The notes under the pieces: model-generated
What the model saw: only the letters and a program-made list of their open reading frames with translations
What the model was told of the DNA's origin: nothing
The model's database searches: none
Part shown: piece by piece, positions 24,921 to 34,270 of the stretch
Numbering within the stretch: the first letter of the stretch is position 1
Layout: every line of letters begins with the position of its first letter
Program-made: the position numbers and the translations under genes
DNA from: an uncultured Rhodobacterales bacterium
GTDB lineage: Bacteria > Pseudomonadota > Alphaproteobacteria > Rhodobacterales > Rhodobacteraceae
DNA length: 64,000 nucleotides
Assembly: GCA_964387155.1 (NCBI GenBank)
Contig: CAYLVP010000001.1
Span: forward strand, 14,247 to 78,246
Direction of reading: 5' to 3'

Positions 24921-26486
24921 ATGGAAGATAGGTTTACGCCTAAAGACAAAGCTGGAAGAGCAAGGTTCCCCATTATTGTGCAGATAGACTGGCCCACTGA
25001 TTTTAGGTTCATCAGCAAAAGCACCCCGGATGGGGTGAACGTGTCTGCCCAGGACATCTGCGGCTATGCACATACCATTGCCGAGCAATTGCGCGAACAT
25101 GGCATCGGGTCTGGTGACCGGGTGGCACTTTGGCTCACCAACGGGTCAGACAAAATCGCGGCTGTTTTGGGGTGCTGGATGGCAGGTGCTGCCTTTTGCG
25201 TGCTGCCCTCTTTCGCGGGGAATACTAAGACAGAGCGGTCGCAAACGCGCATCAGTTCCGTCTTTGACGTGTTGAAGCCCAGGGCGATCCTTCAAGGCCA
25301 AGATGACCCGTTTCCCGGCAGCACCGGCAATATTCCCATGCTCACGCTGTCGGGACCCACGGCCGCGTCCCCTTTGATCAAGTTGCCAGATTTTGACGCA
25401 AGGCAGCTTGCCTTTATCCAGTTCACGTCGGGTAGCACAGGCGGGACACCCAAAGGTGCCGAAGTGCGTTTCGATCAGCTGCAAGCAAACCTTGATGCTC
25501 TGGCCAAGCGGATCAAGCTGACCCAAAGCGATCACATGGTGTCATGGGCACCTCTTTATCATGACATGGGGCTGATGGCGGTCTTGCTGGCGCTCAGGTG
25601 CGGGGCCGGTCTGACTCTGATGGAGACAGATCATTTCGTGCGCCGGCCATCGGCCTGGCTGGAAGCGATTTCGACCTCAAAAGGGACGATCACCACCGCG
25701 CCGCCGACCGCGCTCAAACTCCTGACGCGGAGGCGCGCTACGGGGATCGATCTGTCATCGCTGCGCTACGCATGGATCGGGGGCGAGGCGGTTTTCCCGA
25801 AAGTCGCGCGTGAATTTGAGGAAAGCTATGCCGAGGCGGGGCTTTCCAAAGGGGTGATCCAGCCGACCTATGGAATGGCGGAAACAGTTGTGGGCATTTC
25901 CTGTGGGCACCCGGGCGGCCTTTGGGAAGAGCATGATGGCGTCATCTCCTGCGGTGAAATTCTGGACGGAATGATCGTGGAAATTCACGCGGATGACGAC
26001 ACGGCGCTAGAGGAAGGCCAGGAAGGGCGCATCATGGCCAAGGGCCCGTCGGTGATTGACGGCTATCTGGGGCTTGAAAGGTTTGACAAGACCGGTTGGT
26101 TGGAAACGGGCGACCGCGGGTTTTTGCGCAATGGGCGCCTTTTTATCACCGGTCGCATCAAGGACGTGCTCAAGCGCGGGGCTGAAAGCTATCCCGCCTC
26201 TCTGGTCGAGACCATCGCAGAGAATGCACTCGAATTGCGCACCGGACGTGTGGCAGCTTTCACCAACTTTCGGTCTGATCTGGGCAAGGAAGAAATCGTT
26301 CTTCTCGTAGAAAGCCGGACGTGGGAAGATCAAAACGTCCGACAGGTTGCAAGTGCTGTGCTTGGCGAGCTTGGACTACAGGTCGATGTCATTCGGCCCG
26401 CTCAGGGCGGGCGTCTGCCACGCACCTCAAGCGGAAAACTCATGCGCCAGATGGCAGCAAAACAATATCAAAAGGGGCAATTATGA
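24921..26486 (+). CDS. Fatty acyl-AMP ligase-like adenylating enzyme
   Basis: AFIQFTSGSTG.TPKG, SWAPLYHDMGL (FAAL-type), YGMAE, TGD, GRIKD and LPRTSSGKL motifs. Start is uncertain. Confidence 0.85.
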   Translation: MEDRFTPKDKAGRARFPIIVQIDWPTDFRFISKSTPDGVNVSAQDICGYAHTIAEQLREHGIGSGDRVALWLTNGSDKIAAVLGCWMAGAAFCVLPSFAGNTKTERSQTRISSVFDVLKPRAILQGQDDPFPGSTGNIPMLTLSGPTAASPLIKLPDFDARQLAFIQFTSGSTGGTPKGAEVRFDQLQANLDALAKRIKLTQSDHMVSWAPLYHDMGLMAVLLALRCGAGLTLMETDHFVRRPSAWLEAISTSKGTITTAPPTALKLLTRRRATGIDLSSLRYAWIGGEAVFPKVAREFEESYAEAGLSKGVIQPTYGMAETVVGISCGHPGGLWEEHDGVISCGEILDGMIVEIHADDDTALEEGQEGRIMAKGPSVIDGYLGLERFDKTGWLETGDRGFLRNGRLFITGRIKDVLKRGAESYPASLVETIAENALELRTGRVAAFTNFRSDLGKEEIVLLVESRTWEDQNVRQVASAVLGELGLQVDVIRPAQGGRLPRTSSGKLMRQMAAKQYQKGQL

Positions 26487-26761
26487 CAGCTGAAATCACA
26501 AACTGGACGGCGGAAAATGTCATCGCGGTGATGCGGGAGCTTGCCGCGAACGAAGACCTTCCGGCGCATCTGGTCTCGGGCGAAATCAAAGGGACGGATA
26601 CGGTTGACACCCTTGGTATCGACTCGCTGGGTGGTGCCTTTCTGATCGAACGGCTTGAGGAGCTGACGGGCGTTTTGATGCCGGACGATTTTCTGGAGCT
26701 CGAGGATGACATTGCCACCATTGCGGCACGTCTGAACGAACTTGTAGCGAAGGGAGGCTGA
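26483..26761 (+). CDS. Acyl carrier protein
   Basis: 92 aa, acidic, LGIDSLG phosphopantetheine motif; ATGA overlap with the ligase. Confidence 0.85.
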   Translation: MTAEITNWTAENVIAVMRELAANEDLPAHLVSGEIKGTDTVDTLGIDSLGGAFLIERLEELTGVLMPDDFLELEDDIATIAARLNELVAKGG

Positions 26762-26764
26762 AAG

Positions 26765-27622
26765 ATGACCGAGGCAAACGCAGGCGCATCTCAAGAGGCC
26801 ATCGAATTTCACTACGACATGCCGGCCGAGTTTTTTAAGCTGTGGCTTGGTGAAAGCATGACCTACACCGCCGCGCGGTATTCCAAGCCGGGCATGAGCA
26901 TGGATGAAGCGCAGCTCGACAAGATCAACTACCATCTCGACAGCGCCAAGGTCTCTGAGGGTGGGCGAATGCTGGATATCGGCTGCGGCTGGGGCACATT
27001 GCTCAAATCCGCTGTCAACCTGCGCGGAGCGGCCTCTGCACATGGGTTGACCCTCAGCCCGTTGCAACACGAATATATCAATTCGCTCAAGATACCCAAC
27101 GTCTCCGCGGGGCTGCAAAGCTACGAGCACTATACCCCTGATGCGCCTTTCGACAGTATCACCAGCGTCGGCGCATTTGAGCATTTCGTGCAACCTAAAA
27201 GCACCAAACAAGAACGGCACGATACCTATTCGAAGCTGTTTGAAAATGTCAGCAAATGGCTGAAGCCCGGTGGGCAATTCTCTTTGCAGACTATGGCATG
27301 GGGTGACGCCAGCCCAGCCGAGCGCGACATGATCAAAATCCACGACATTTTCCCGGAAAGCGACCTGCCCGAGATCGCCGAAGTGGTTGAGACCGCCAGT
27401 CCTTTCCTCGAATTGATGACGATGGAAAACCGGCCACTGGATTACGCACAAACCCTTGCTGCTTGGGCAGATGGCTTGAAGGCAAACCGCGACAAAGCGG
27501 TCGAGATTGTCGGGGAGGAGAGTTACAAATTTTACCTCGACAGCTGTAAAGGCGGCGCGCTGCTGTATCGTCGCCGGCGGTTCTACCTCTGCCGCTTCGT
27601 GTTCAGACATCGCGGGCGCTGA
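26765..27622 (+). CDS. SAM-dependent fatty-acyl methyltransferase, cyclopropane/mycolate synthase (CMAS) family
   Basis: HYD, EAQ..K, LDIGCGWG, GLTLS..Q, SVGAFEHF, IFP and Y..TL..W motifs; GGAGG RBS. Confidence 0.9.
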   Translation: MTEANAGASQEAIEFHYDMPAEFFKLWLGESMTYTAARYSKPGMSMDEAQLDKINYHLDSAKVSEGGRMLDIGCGWGTLLKSAVNLRGAASAHGLTLSPLQHEYINSLKIPNVSAGLQSYEHYTPDAPFDSITSVGAFEHFVQPKSTKQERHDTYSKLFENVSKWLKPGGQFSLQTMAWGDASPAERDMIKIHDIFPESDLPEIAEVVETASPFLELMTMENRPLDYAQTLAAWADGLKANRDKAVEIVGEESYKFYLDSCKGGALLYRRRRFYLCRFVFRHRGR

Positions 27623-27744
27623 GCCGATTGCTGATTGTCTAGTGTAGCCCAGACCAGCCACAGGATCATATCGCATTCAGACCGGTCTGGCTGGTCGCGC
27701 TCGATTGCGCCAATGCGCGATCATCGTTGGCAGGGCGAGAGCCC

Positions 27745-28326
27745 TCAGATCAAGCGCACCTGCGTGCCGACCGGGGTGATCTCGAACAGCTCCGCGATCT
27801 GTTCGTTGTAAAGCCCGATGCAGCCCGAGGATGACCGCCGCCCTATCTTGCGGGTGTCGTGGGTGCCGTGGATCAGATAGGCGGGCCAATCAAGATACAT
27901 CGCATGGGTGCCCAGCGGATTGCCCGGCCCGGCCTCCATGAATTCGGGCAGCGAAGGGTCCCTGCGCCGCATATCGGCGGTGGGTGTCCAGGTTGGCCCT
28001 ACGCGTTTGCGCACCACTTCGGTGTAGCCGCGCCGGGTCAGCTCGTCCGTCATCGGTACCGAGGTTGCAAAGACCCGGTAGTCACGCCCGGTCGCATCCC
28101 AGAAATGCAGCGCGCGGGAGCGCGTGTCGCAGATGATCGTCGCCACCCCGAGGCTGGAGAAATGATCGCGCCAGTCCAGAACCACAAAGCTCGATGCGTT
28201 GCGCTGAATGGCATTGTTCGAGGGCACCAGCCCCGCATTGGGCGATTGCTGCGCGCGCAGGATTTGCGGCGTCACCAGGGCGGCGGTGCCTGTCAGCAGA
28301 AGGTGGCGGCGGGTCGTCTTGCTCAT
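27745..28326 (-). CDS. L,D-transpeptidase (YkuD family), Tat-type signal
   Basis: TRRHLL twin-Arg; P.WTPT, NPLG..A and IHGT...IGRRSSSGCIGL motifs. Confidence 0.9.
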   Translation of the reverse strand: MSKTTRRHLLLTGTAALVTPQILRAQQSPNAGLVPSNNAIQRNASSFVVLDWRDHFSSLGVATIICDTRSRALHFWDATGRDYRVFATSVPMTDELTRRGYTEVVRKRVGPTWTPTADMRRRDPSLPEFMEAGPGNPLGTHAMYLDWPAYLIHGTHDTRKIGRRSSSGCIGLYNEQIAELFEITPVGTQVRLI

Positions 28327-28457
28327 CTCTCGGGCTCCTTGGGGAGACGTTTTGACCTATCTAGTGGACTCGCCTGCAAATTTGGAGGGGACAAGCTCTG
28401 TCAACTGCCCCCTCTCACGCGATTGTGTGGCCGTGCGGCGTGGGCGCGTTGCTTGGG

Positions 28458-29957
28458 CTATTCCATCACAGGGATCGAGAACTCCCCGCCCTCTTTCAGG
28501 CCCGACGGCCAGCGGGACGTGACAGTCTTGGTCCGCGTGTAGAACTTGAACGCGTCCGGACCGTGCTGGTTCAGGTCGCCAAAGACCGACTTCTTCCAGC
28601 CGCCAAATGTGTGATAGGCCAAAGGCACCGGGATCGGCACGTTGACGCCCACCATGCCGACATTGACCCGGTTTGCGAAATCACGCGCCGTGTCGCCGTC
28701 GCGGGTAAAGATCGCGGTGCCGTTTCCGTATTCATGGTCCATCGCCATTTTCAGCGCTGACTCGTAGCTGTCTGCGCGCACGGTGGACAGCACGGGGCCA
28801 AATATCTCGGTCTTGTAGATGTCCATATCGGTGGTGACGTGGTCAAACAGATGCGCGCCCACAAAGAACCCGTCCTCATAGCCCTGCAGCTTGAACCCGC
28901 GCCCGTCGACCATCAGCTTCGCGCCTTGGTCGATGCCAGTCTGCACCAGTCGTTCGATATTTTGCTTGGCGGCGGCGGTGACGACGGGGCCATAATCCAC
29001 GTCATCGCCTGATGTGTAGGGGCCGACCTTCAAAGCCTCGACTTTGGGGACCAGCTTTTCCATCAGTCTGTCGGCCGTGTCGTCGCCCACGGCGACCGCG
29101 ACCGAGATTGCCATGCAGCGCTCCCCCGCCGCGCCGTAGCCCGCACCGACAAGCGCGTCGGCGGCCTGGGTCATATCGGCGTCGGGCATGATGATCATGT
29201 GGTTCTTCGCCCCGCCAAAGCATTGCACGCGTTTGCCGTTCGCGCAGCCCTCGGCGTAGATATATGCGGCAATGGGCGTCGAGCCCACGAAGCCCACCGA
29301 CTGGATCACCTCGTTTTGCAGGATCGCGTCCACGGCCTCCTTGTCGCCATTGACGACCTGCAAAATGCCTTTGGGCGCGCCGGCTTCTTCCATCAGCTCC
29401 GCCAGCATCAGCGGCACGGAGGGGTCACGCTCGGATGGTTTGAGAATGAACGCGTTGCCGCAGACAATCGCGGGCGCAAACATCCACATTGGGATCATGG
29501 CGGGGAAGTTGAACGGCGTGATGCCCGCGGTGACGCCCAAAGGCTGGCGCATCGAATACATGTCGATGCCTGGGCCAGCTGAATCAGTGAACTCCCCCTT
29601 CAGAAGATGCGGCGCGCCGATGCAATATTCCACCACTTCCAGCCCCCGGATCACGTCGCCCTTGGCGTCAGGCAGCGTCTTGCCATGTTCGCGGCTCAGC
29701 GCCTCAGCCAGCTTGTCCATATCGCGGTTCAAAAGATCGACGAATTTCATCATCACCCGCGCGCGGCGCTGCGGGTTCACGGCGGCCCATTCGGGTTGCG
29801 CGGCCTGGGCCGCAGCCACGGCCTGTTCCAGCTCTGCGGCATTCGCCAAAGGCACCTTGGCCTGCACCTCACCGGTGGCGGGATTGTAGACATCGGCGAA
29901 CCGGCCCGACTTGCCTTTGACATGTGCGCCGTTGATGTAATGGGTCAGCTCTTGCAT
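28458..29957 (-). CDS. mmsA: CoA-acylating methylmalonate-semialdehyde dehydrogenase
   Basis: ITPFNFP, KPSERDP, GGAKNH, AGERCMA and EIFGPV motifs. Start MQELT after GGAGGA. Confidence 0.93.
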   Translation of the reverse strand: MQELTHYINGAHVKGKSGRFADVYNPATGEVQAKVPLANAAELEQAVAAAQAAQPEWAAVNPQRRARVMMKFVDLLNRDMDKLAEALSREHGKTLPDAKGDVIRGLEVVEYCIGAPHLLKGEFTDSAGPGIDMYSMRQPLGVTAGITPFNFPAMIPMWMFAPAIVCGNAFILKPSERDPSVPLMLAELMEEAGAPKGILQVVNGDKEAVDAILQNEVIQSVGFVGSTPIAAYIYAEGCANGKRVQCFGGAKNHMIIMPDADMTQAADALVGAGYGAAGERCMAISVAVAVGDDTADRLMEKLVPKVEALKVGPYTSGDDVDYGPVVTAAAKQNIERLVQTGIDQGAKLMVDGRGFKLQGYEDGFFVGAHLFDHVTTDMDIYKTEIFGPVLSTVRADSYESALKMAMDHEYGNGTAIFTRDGDTARDFANRVNVGMVGVNVPIPVPLAYHTFGGWKKSVFGDLNQHGPDAFKFYTRTKTVTSRWPSGLKEGGEFSIPVME

Positions 29958-29995
29958 AGGATCCTCCGCTGGCATGCGTTTGGCGCATCTTAGCC

Positions 29996-30051
29996 TTGCA
30001 AAATTACAGGTAAAAGCGCCAGTATCCCAAAATCATTTTGCAAAAATGCAA
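29996..30051. promoter_or_regulatory. Putative LysR operator pair
   Basis: TTGCAAAAATGCAA (30038-30051, dyad containing T-N11-A) and the similar TTGCAAAATTACAG (29996-30009), between divergent mmsA and lysR. Confidence 0.5.
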
Positions 30052-30059
30052 GGGGCGCG

Positions 30060-30959
30060 GTGGCCGATCCGAAATGGGATGATTTGCGTATCTTCCTCGC
30101 CGTTGCGCGGGCAGAGGGGTTGTCGGGTGCCGCACGCGCCCTTCGGCTGGACCCGGCGACAGTGGGTCGTCGTGTTGCCCGGCTGGAGGCTGATCTGGGC
30201 ACGATCCTGTTTCAGAAATCCCCCAAAGGGTACGCGCTGACGCCCTTGGGGGAGACCTTGATGGGCCGTGCGAGTGTGATGGAAACAGCGATGTTGGGGC
30301 TGCGCGATGACGTGGCGGGCGGGGCTGAGAGCCTGAGCGGGCAAATCCGCCTTGGCGCGCCGGATGGCTCGGCAAATTATCTTTTGCCGCAGGTTTGCGC
30401 GGCGATTTGTGCAGAAAATCCGGGGCTAGAGGTGCAGATCGTGGCGCAGCCGCGTGTTCTTAACCTCACCAAGAGGGAGGCGGATATGGCCGTCACCGTC
30501 TCCCCACCTGCGACGGGGCGGCTGACGGTGCAGAAACTGTCGGACTACCGGCTGCATTTGGCGGCGAGCCGCGCGTATCTTGCGCAGCACGGCGTTCCGC
30601 AAAGCCTCAATGACATCCAGCACCACAAGATCATCGGCTACATCCCCGATCTGATCTTCGACAAAGAGCTCGACTACCTGTCAGAGATTGGCAGCCCGCC
30701 CGTCGATTTTGCGTCAAACTCCGTCTCGGTGCAGATCAACTGGGCGCGTGGTGGGGCCGGGCTGACCATTGCGCATGATTTCGCGCTGCCCGCCGCGCCA
30801 GAGTTGCAAAAGGTGATGGAGGATCAGGTATCGCTGACGCGCAGCTTTTATCTGGTGCGCCACGCCGATGACCGCAAAATTGCCCGGCTCAGCCGCTTTG
30901 CAGACGAGCTGGCCGCCCGAATTCCGCGCGAAATCGCCCGGCTGGAGGGCCAGACTTGA
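30060..30959 (+). CDS. LysR-family regulator
   Basis: WDDLRIFLAVAR..LSGAA...TVGRRVARLE HTH; divergent from mmsA. Confidence 0.93.
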   Translation: MADPKWDDLRIFLAVARAEGLSGAARALRLDPATVGRRVARLEADLGTILFQKSPKGYALTPLGETLMGRASVMETAMLGLRDDVAGGAESLSGQIRLGAPDGSANYLLPQVCAAICAENPGLEVQIVAQPRVLNLTKREADMAVTVSPPATGRLTVQKLSDYRLHLAASRAYLAQHGVPQSLNDIQHHKIIGYIPDLIFDKELDYLSEIGSPPVDFASNSVSVQINWARGGAGLTIAHDFALPAAPELQKVMEDQVSLTRSFYLVRHADDRKIARLSRFADELAARIPREIARLEGQT

Positions 30960-31026
30960 CGTAAGGCCAAGCTGCGGCCCAAACTTTCCCCATTGAACCA
31001 ATATATAATCAAGGGAGGGGCGGCGC

Positions 31027-31461
31027 ATGCATGTCAGCCAAATTCTCAAATCCAAACCCACGATCGGGGTCGTGACGATTGCGCCCGACAAAAAGGTCAG
31101 TGACGCAGCGAACCTGCTTTCAAACAAAAAGATCGGGTCGGTTGTGGTCACCTCGGACGGGACACATGCTACGGGCATATTGTCCGAGCGCGACATTGTA
31201 CGGGAGCTCGGCAAACGCGGCGCAGGCTGTCTGGAGGATTTGGTCAGTCAGATGATGACCCGTGACCCGGTGACCTGCCGCCCGTCTGATACGGCCGACG
31301 AGGTGCTGGGCCGCATGACGGCGGGGCGGTTTCGTCACATGCCGGTGGTCGAGGGCGGCAAGATGATCGGGCTGATCACGATCGGGGATGTCGTCAAGTC
31401 CCGCTTGACCGAGCTCGCGATGGAAAAAGACGCGCTTGAAGGGATGATCATGGGGCATTAA
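31027..31461 (+). CDS. CBS-domain protein
   Basis: GILSERD and RFRHMPVV..GLITIGD motifs. Confidence 0.9.
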   Translation: MHVSQILKSKPTIGVVTIAPDKKVSDAANLLSNKKIGSVVVTSDGTHATGILSERDIVRELGKRGAGCLEDLVSQMMTRDPVTCRPSDTADEVLGRMTAGRFRHMPVVEGGKMIGLITIGDVVKSRLTELAMEKDALEGMIMGH

Positions 31462-31623
31462 CGCCACCGGGAAGGTAAAGGGATTGGGATGCGATTGGCT
31501 GGCTCATCCATGTGTAAGGCAGCCAGCTCTGCCCTGCCGGCCTGACGCCCTCGCCAAATCGGTGTCTTGATCTTTCTGCCGCGATCATGTTGCGTGGGGC
31601 CCATCGATACGAAAGGCCCGCCA

Positions 31624-32115
31624 ATGCGCGTAGGATTGTACCCCGGCACCTTTGATCCGATCACGGTGGGGCATACCGATATTATCCGGCGGGCCTGTTC
31701 GCTGGTTGACAAGCTGGTGATTGGTGTGGCGATCAACCGTGACAAGGGGCCGCTGTTTTCCTTGGAAGAACGCGTCGCCATGATCGAGGCCGAATGCGTG
31801 CCACTCATCAAATCGACCGGCTGCGAGATTGTCGCGCATCCGTTCGAGAACCTGCTGATCCATTGCGCGAAAGATGTGGGCGCGTCGCTGATCGTGCGGG
31901 GTCTGCGGGCCGTGGCGGATTTCGAGTATGAATATCAGATGGTTGGTATGAACCGGGTGATGGATGACAGCGTCGAGACCGTCTTTTTGATGGCGGAGGC
32001 GGAGCATCAGGCCATTGCCTCCAAGCTCGTCAAGGAGATCGCGCGGCTGGGCGGGGATATCTCAAACTTCGTCTCGCCCGCCGTCGCGCGCAAGTTGCTA
32101 GAGCGCGTCGGATAG
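31624..32115 (+). CDS. coaD: Phosphopantetheine adenylyltransferase
   Basis: YPGTFDPITVGH and RGLRAVADFEYE motifs. Confidence 0.96.
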   Translation: MRVGLYPGTFDPITVGHTDIIRRACSLVDKLVIGVAINRDKGPLFSLEERVAMIEAECVPLIKSTGCEIVAHPFENLLIHCAKDVGASLIVRGLRAVADFEYEYQMVGMNRVMDDSVETVFLMAEAEHQAIASKLVKEIARLGGDISNFVSPAVARKLLERVG

Positions 32116-32181
32116 CGGCTTTTCCTTCGGCGCGCCGCGCAGTAAGTGTTTCGGCAAGCAGATACCTAAAGGAGCAGCCAG

Positions 32182-32688
32182 ATGGCCGAGATCAAAGACC
32201 CAGAAAACACCATCCTGATCGAGCTGAAGGATGGCAACGTGACCGTCGAGCTTCTGCCCGACGTGGCCCCCAAACATGTGGAGCGTATGAAGACGCTGGC
32301 CCGCGCGGGTGCCTATGACAATGTGTGCTTCCACCGCGTGATTGACGGCTTCATGGCGCAGACCGGCGACGTGGCCAATGGCAATATGGAGAAGGATTTC
32401 AACATCCGCATGGCCGGCACCGGTGGCTCTGAGCATCCTGACGTGCCTGCCGAGTTCTCCAAGCTGCCGCATGATCGCGGCACGATTGGTGCGGCGCGGT
32501 CGTCGAACCCTGACAGCGCGAATTCGCAGTTCTTCATCAATTTCTCCGACAACAATTTCCTCAACGGGCAATACACTGTCTATGGCCGCGTGATCGAGGG
32601 GATGGATCATGTCGACAAGATCGCCCGCGGCGAGCCGCCTGCGGAGCCTGACCGCATGATCTCGGTAAAGGTGGCCGCCGATGCGTAA
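32182..32688 (+). CDS. Cyclophilin-type peptidyl-prolyl isomerase (cytoplasmic)
   Basis: FHRVIDGFMAQTGD, SANSQFFI and LNGQYTVYG motifs. Confidence 0.93.
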   Translation: MAEIKDPENTILIELKDGNVTVELLPDVAPKHVERMKTLARAGAYDNVCFHRVIDGFMAQTGDVANGNMEKDFNIRMAGTGGSEHPDVPAEFSKLPHDRGTIGAARSSNPDSANSQFFINFSDNNFLNGQYTVYGRVIEGMDHVDKIARGEPPAEPDRMISVKVAADA

Positions 32689-33229
32689 GTTTGTCCTCGC
32701 CGCCGCGCTGGCCGTCGCCGCCAGCCCAGCCGTTGCCTCTGGCCTTGAAATTGTCGTGGCCGGGAAGGGCACGATCAAGATCGACCTGCTGGAGGAAAAC
32801 GCCCCCAAACATGTCGAGCAGATCACCAAGATCGCCAATGACGGTGCCTATGACGGGGTGGTGTTTCACCGCGTCATCGACGGCTTCATGGCGCAAACCG
32901 GCGATGTGGAACATGGGCTGGCCGAAGGCCCGCTGAACCGTGCAGGCACGGGCGGGTCGCAATATCCCGACATCGAGGCCGAATTCTCAGATATCAATTA
33001 TGACCGCGGCATTGTCGGCATGGCGCGTGCGCAGAACCCGAATTCGGCCAACAGCCAGTTCTTCATCATGTTTGACGAGGGCAGCTTCCTGAACGGGCAA
33101 TATACCGTTGTGGGCCGGGTGACCGAGGGCATGGATGTGGTCGACGCGATCACCCGGGGCGACGGGGCCAATGGCGCATTCGTCGCCGCGCAACAGGACG
33201 TCATGGACAAAGTGACCGTCACCGAGTGA
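32681..33229 (+). CDS. Cyclophilin-type peptidyl-prolyl isomerase (exported)
   Basis: Signal peptide plus the same cyclophilin motifs. Confidence 0.93.
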   Translation: MRKFVLAAALAVAASPAVASGLEIVVAGKGTIKIDLLEENAPKHVEQITKIANDGAYDGVVFHRVIDGFMAQTGDVEHGLAEGPLNRAGTGGSQYPDIEAEFSDINYDRGIVGMARAQNPNSANSQFFIMFDEGSFLNGQYTVVGRVTEGMDVVDAITRGDGANGAFVAAQQDVMDKVTVTE

Positions 33230-33316
33230 TCACCGCCGCTCACCCTGTCGTGAGATGGGGTGCCGCTGTCTTTGAATTCGGGCCATGATGCCTCCGATCT
33301 TTGGGAGGATATCATC

Positions 33317-34270
33317 ATGGCCCGTTTCTTGTGCCTTATCGGCTTTCTGCTGGCCGCCCCGGCCCTGGCCCAGAACCCGTTTCTGACGGCGCAATGGCCG
33401 GAGACGGATTTTTCCCGCGCAACCGTTGATCTTGATGAGATACGCTCCGGCGGGCCGGGGCGTGACGGTATCCCGGCAGTGGATGATCCGCGCTTTGTGC
33501 GGGTGCGGGATGAGACCCGGCTGTCTGGCCGCGAACCCGTGATCACGCTGGAGCTGGGCGGCACGCCGCGCGCCTATCCGATCCGCTATTTCATGGCGCA
33601 TGAGATTGTGAATGACGTGGTGAATGGCCGCCCCGTGGCGGTGACTTTTTGCCCGCTGTGCAACTCGGCCATGGTGTTTGACGCGCGGGTTGGGGGGACG
33701 GCGCTGACCTTTGGCGTCACCGGCAATCTGCGCAATTCCGACATGCTCATGTATGACCGCCAAACGGTCAGCTGGTGGCAGCAGGCCACGGCGGAAGGGA
33801 TCGTGGGCCGTCACGCGGGCACCGAGCTGCGGCAATTGCCCAGCTGGATGGAGAGCTGGTCCGCCTTTAAGACCCGCAACCCCGACGGGCTGGTGATGGA
33901 CGCGCCACGCCGCAATTTCAACTACGGTGCCAACCCGTATGTGAGCTATGACAGCGCGCCGCGGCCCTTCCTATATGATGGGGCCCTGCCGCCGCATGGG
34001 ATTGATCCCTTGGCCCGCGTTGTGCGCGTGGGGGGCACGGCTTGGCCGCTCAACCGCCTGTCGTCCGAAGGCGAGATTTCTGACAAGGGGCTGGTCATAA
34101 CCTTTGAGGGGGAGCAGGCTTCTGCCCTTGATACGCGCCGCATCGCGCAGGGGCGCAGTGTCAGTTCAATCCGTGTGCGGGACGGGCAGGGGCGCGACGT
34201 GGCGCATGACGTGATCTTTGCCTTCGCCTTTCACGCTTTCTGGCCGGATGGGGAGTGGCGCATAAACTGA
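33317..34270 (+). CDS. DUF3179-family exported protein
   Basis: Signal peptide, SGGPGRDGIPA, HEIVND, TFCPLCNS and MYDRQT.S.WQQ motifs. Confidence 0.85.
   Translation: MARFLCLIGFLLAAPALAQNPFLTAQWPETDFSRATVDLDEIRSGGPGRDGIPAVDDPRFVRVRDETRLSGREPVITLELGGTPRAYPIRYFMAHEIVNDVVNGRPVAVTFCPLCNSAMVFDARVGGTALTFGVTGNLRNSDMLMYDRQTVSWWQQATAEGIVGRHAGTELRQLPSWMESWSAFKTRNPDGLVMDAPRRNFNYGANPYVSYDSAPRPFLYDGALPPHGIDPLARVVRVGGTAWPLNRLSSEGEISDKGLVITFEGEQASALDTRRIAQGRSVSSIRVRDGQGRDVAHDVIFAFAFHAFWPDGEWRIN

Noticed and set aside
27700-27715. Possible attR duplicate of the tRNA-Arg 3' end (TGCGCCA) after the lipid cassette
   Set aside because: Only a 7-bp match and no integrase nearby; expected by chance.
32182-33229. 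Tandem cyclophilins as a recent duplication
   Set aside because: The cytoplasmic plus exported pair after coaD is a common alphaproteobacterial arrangement.
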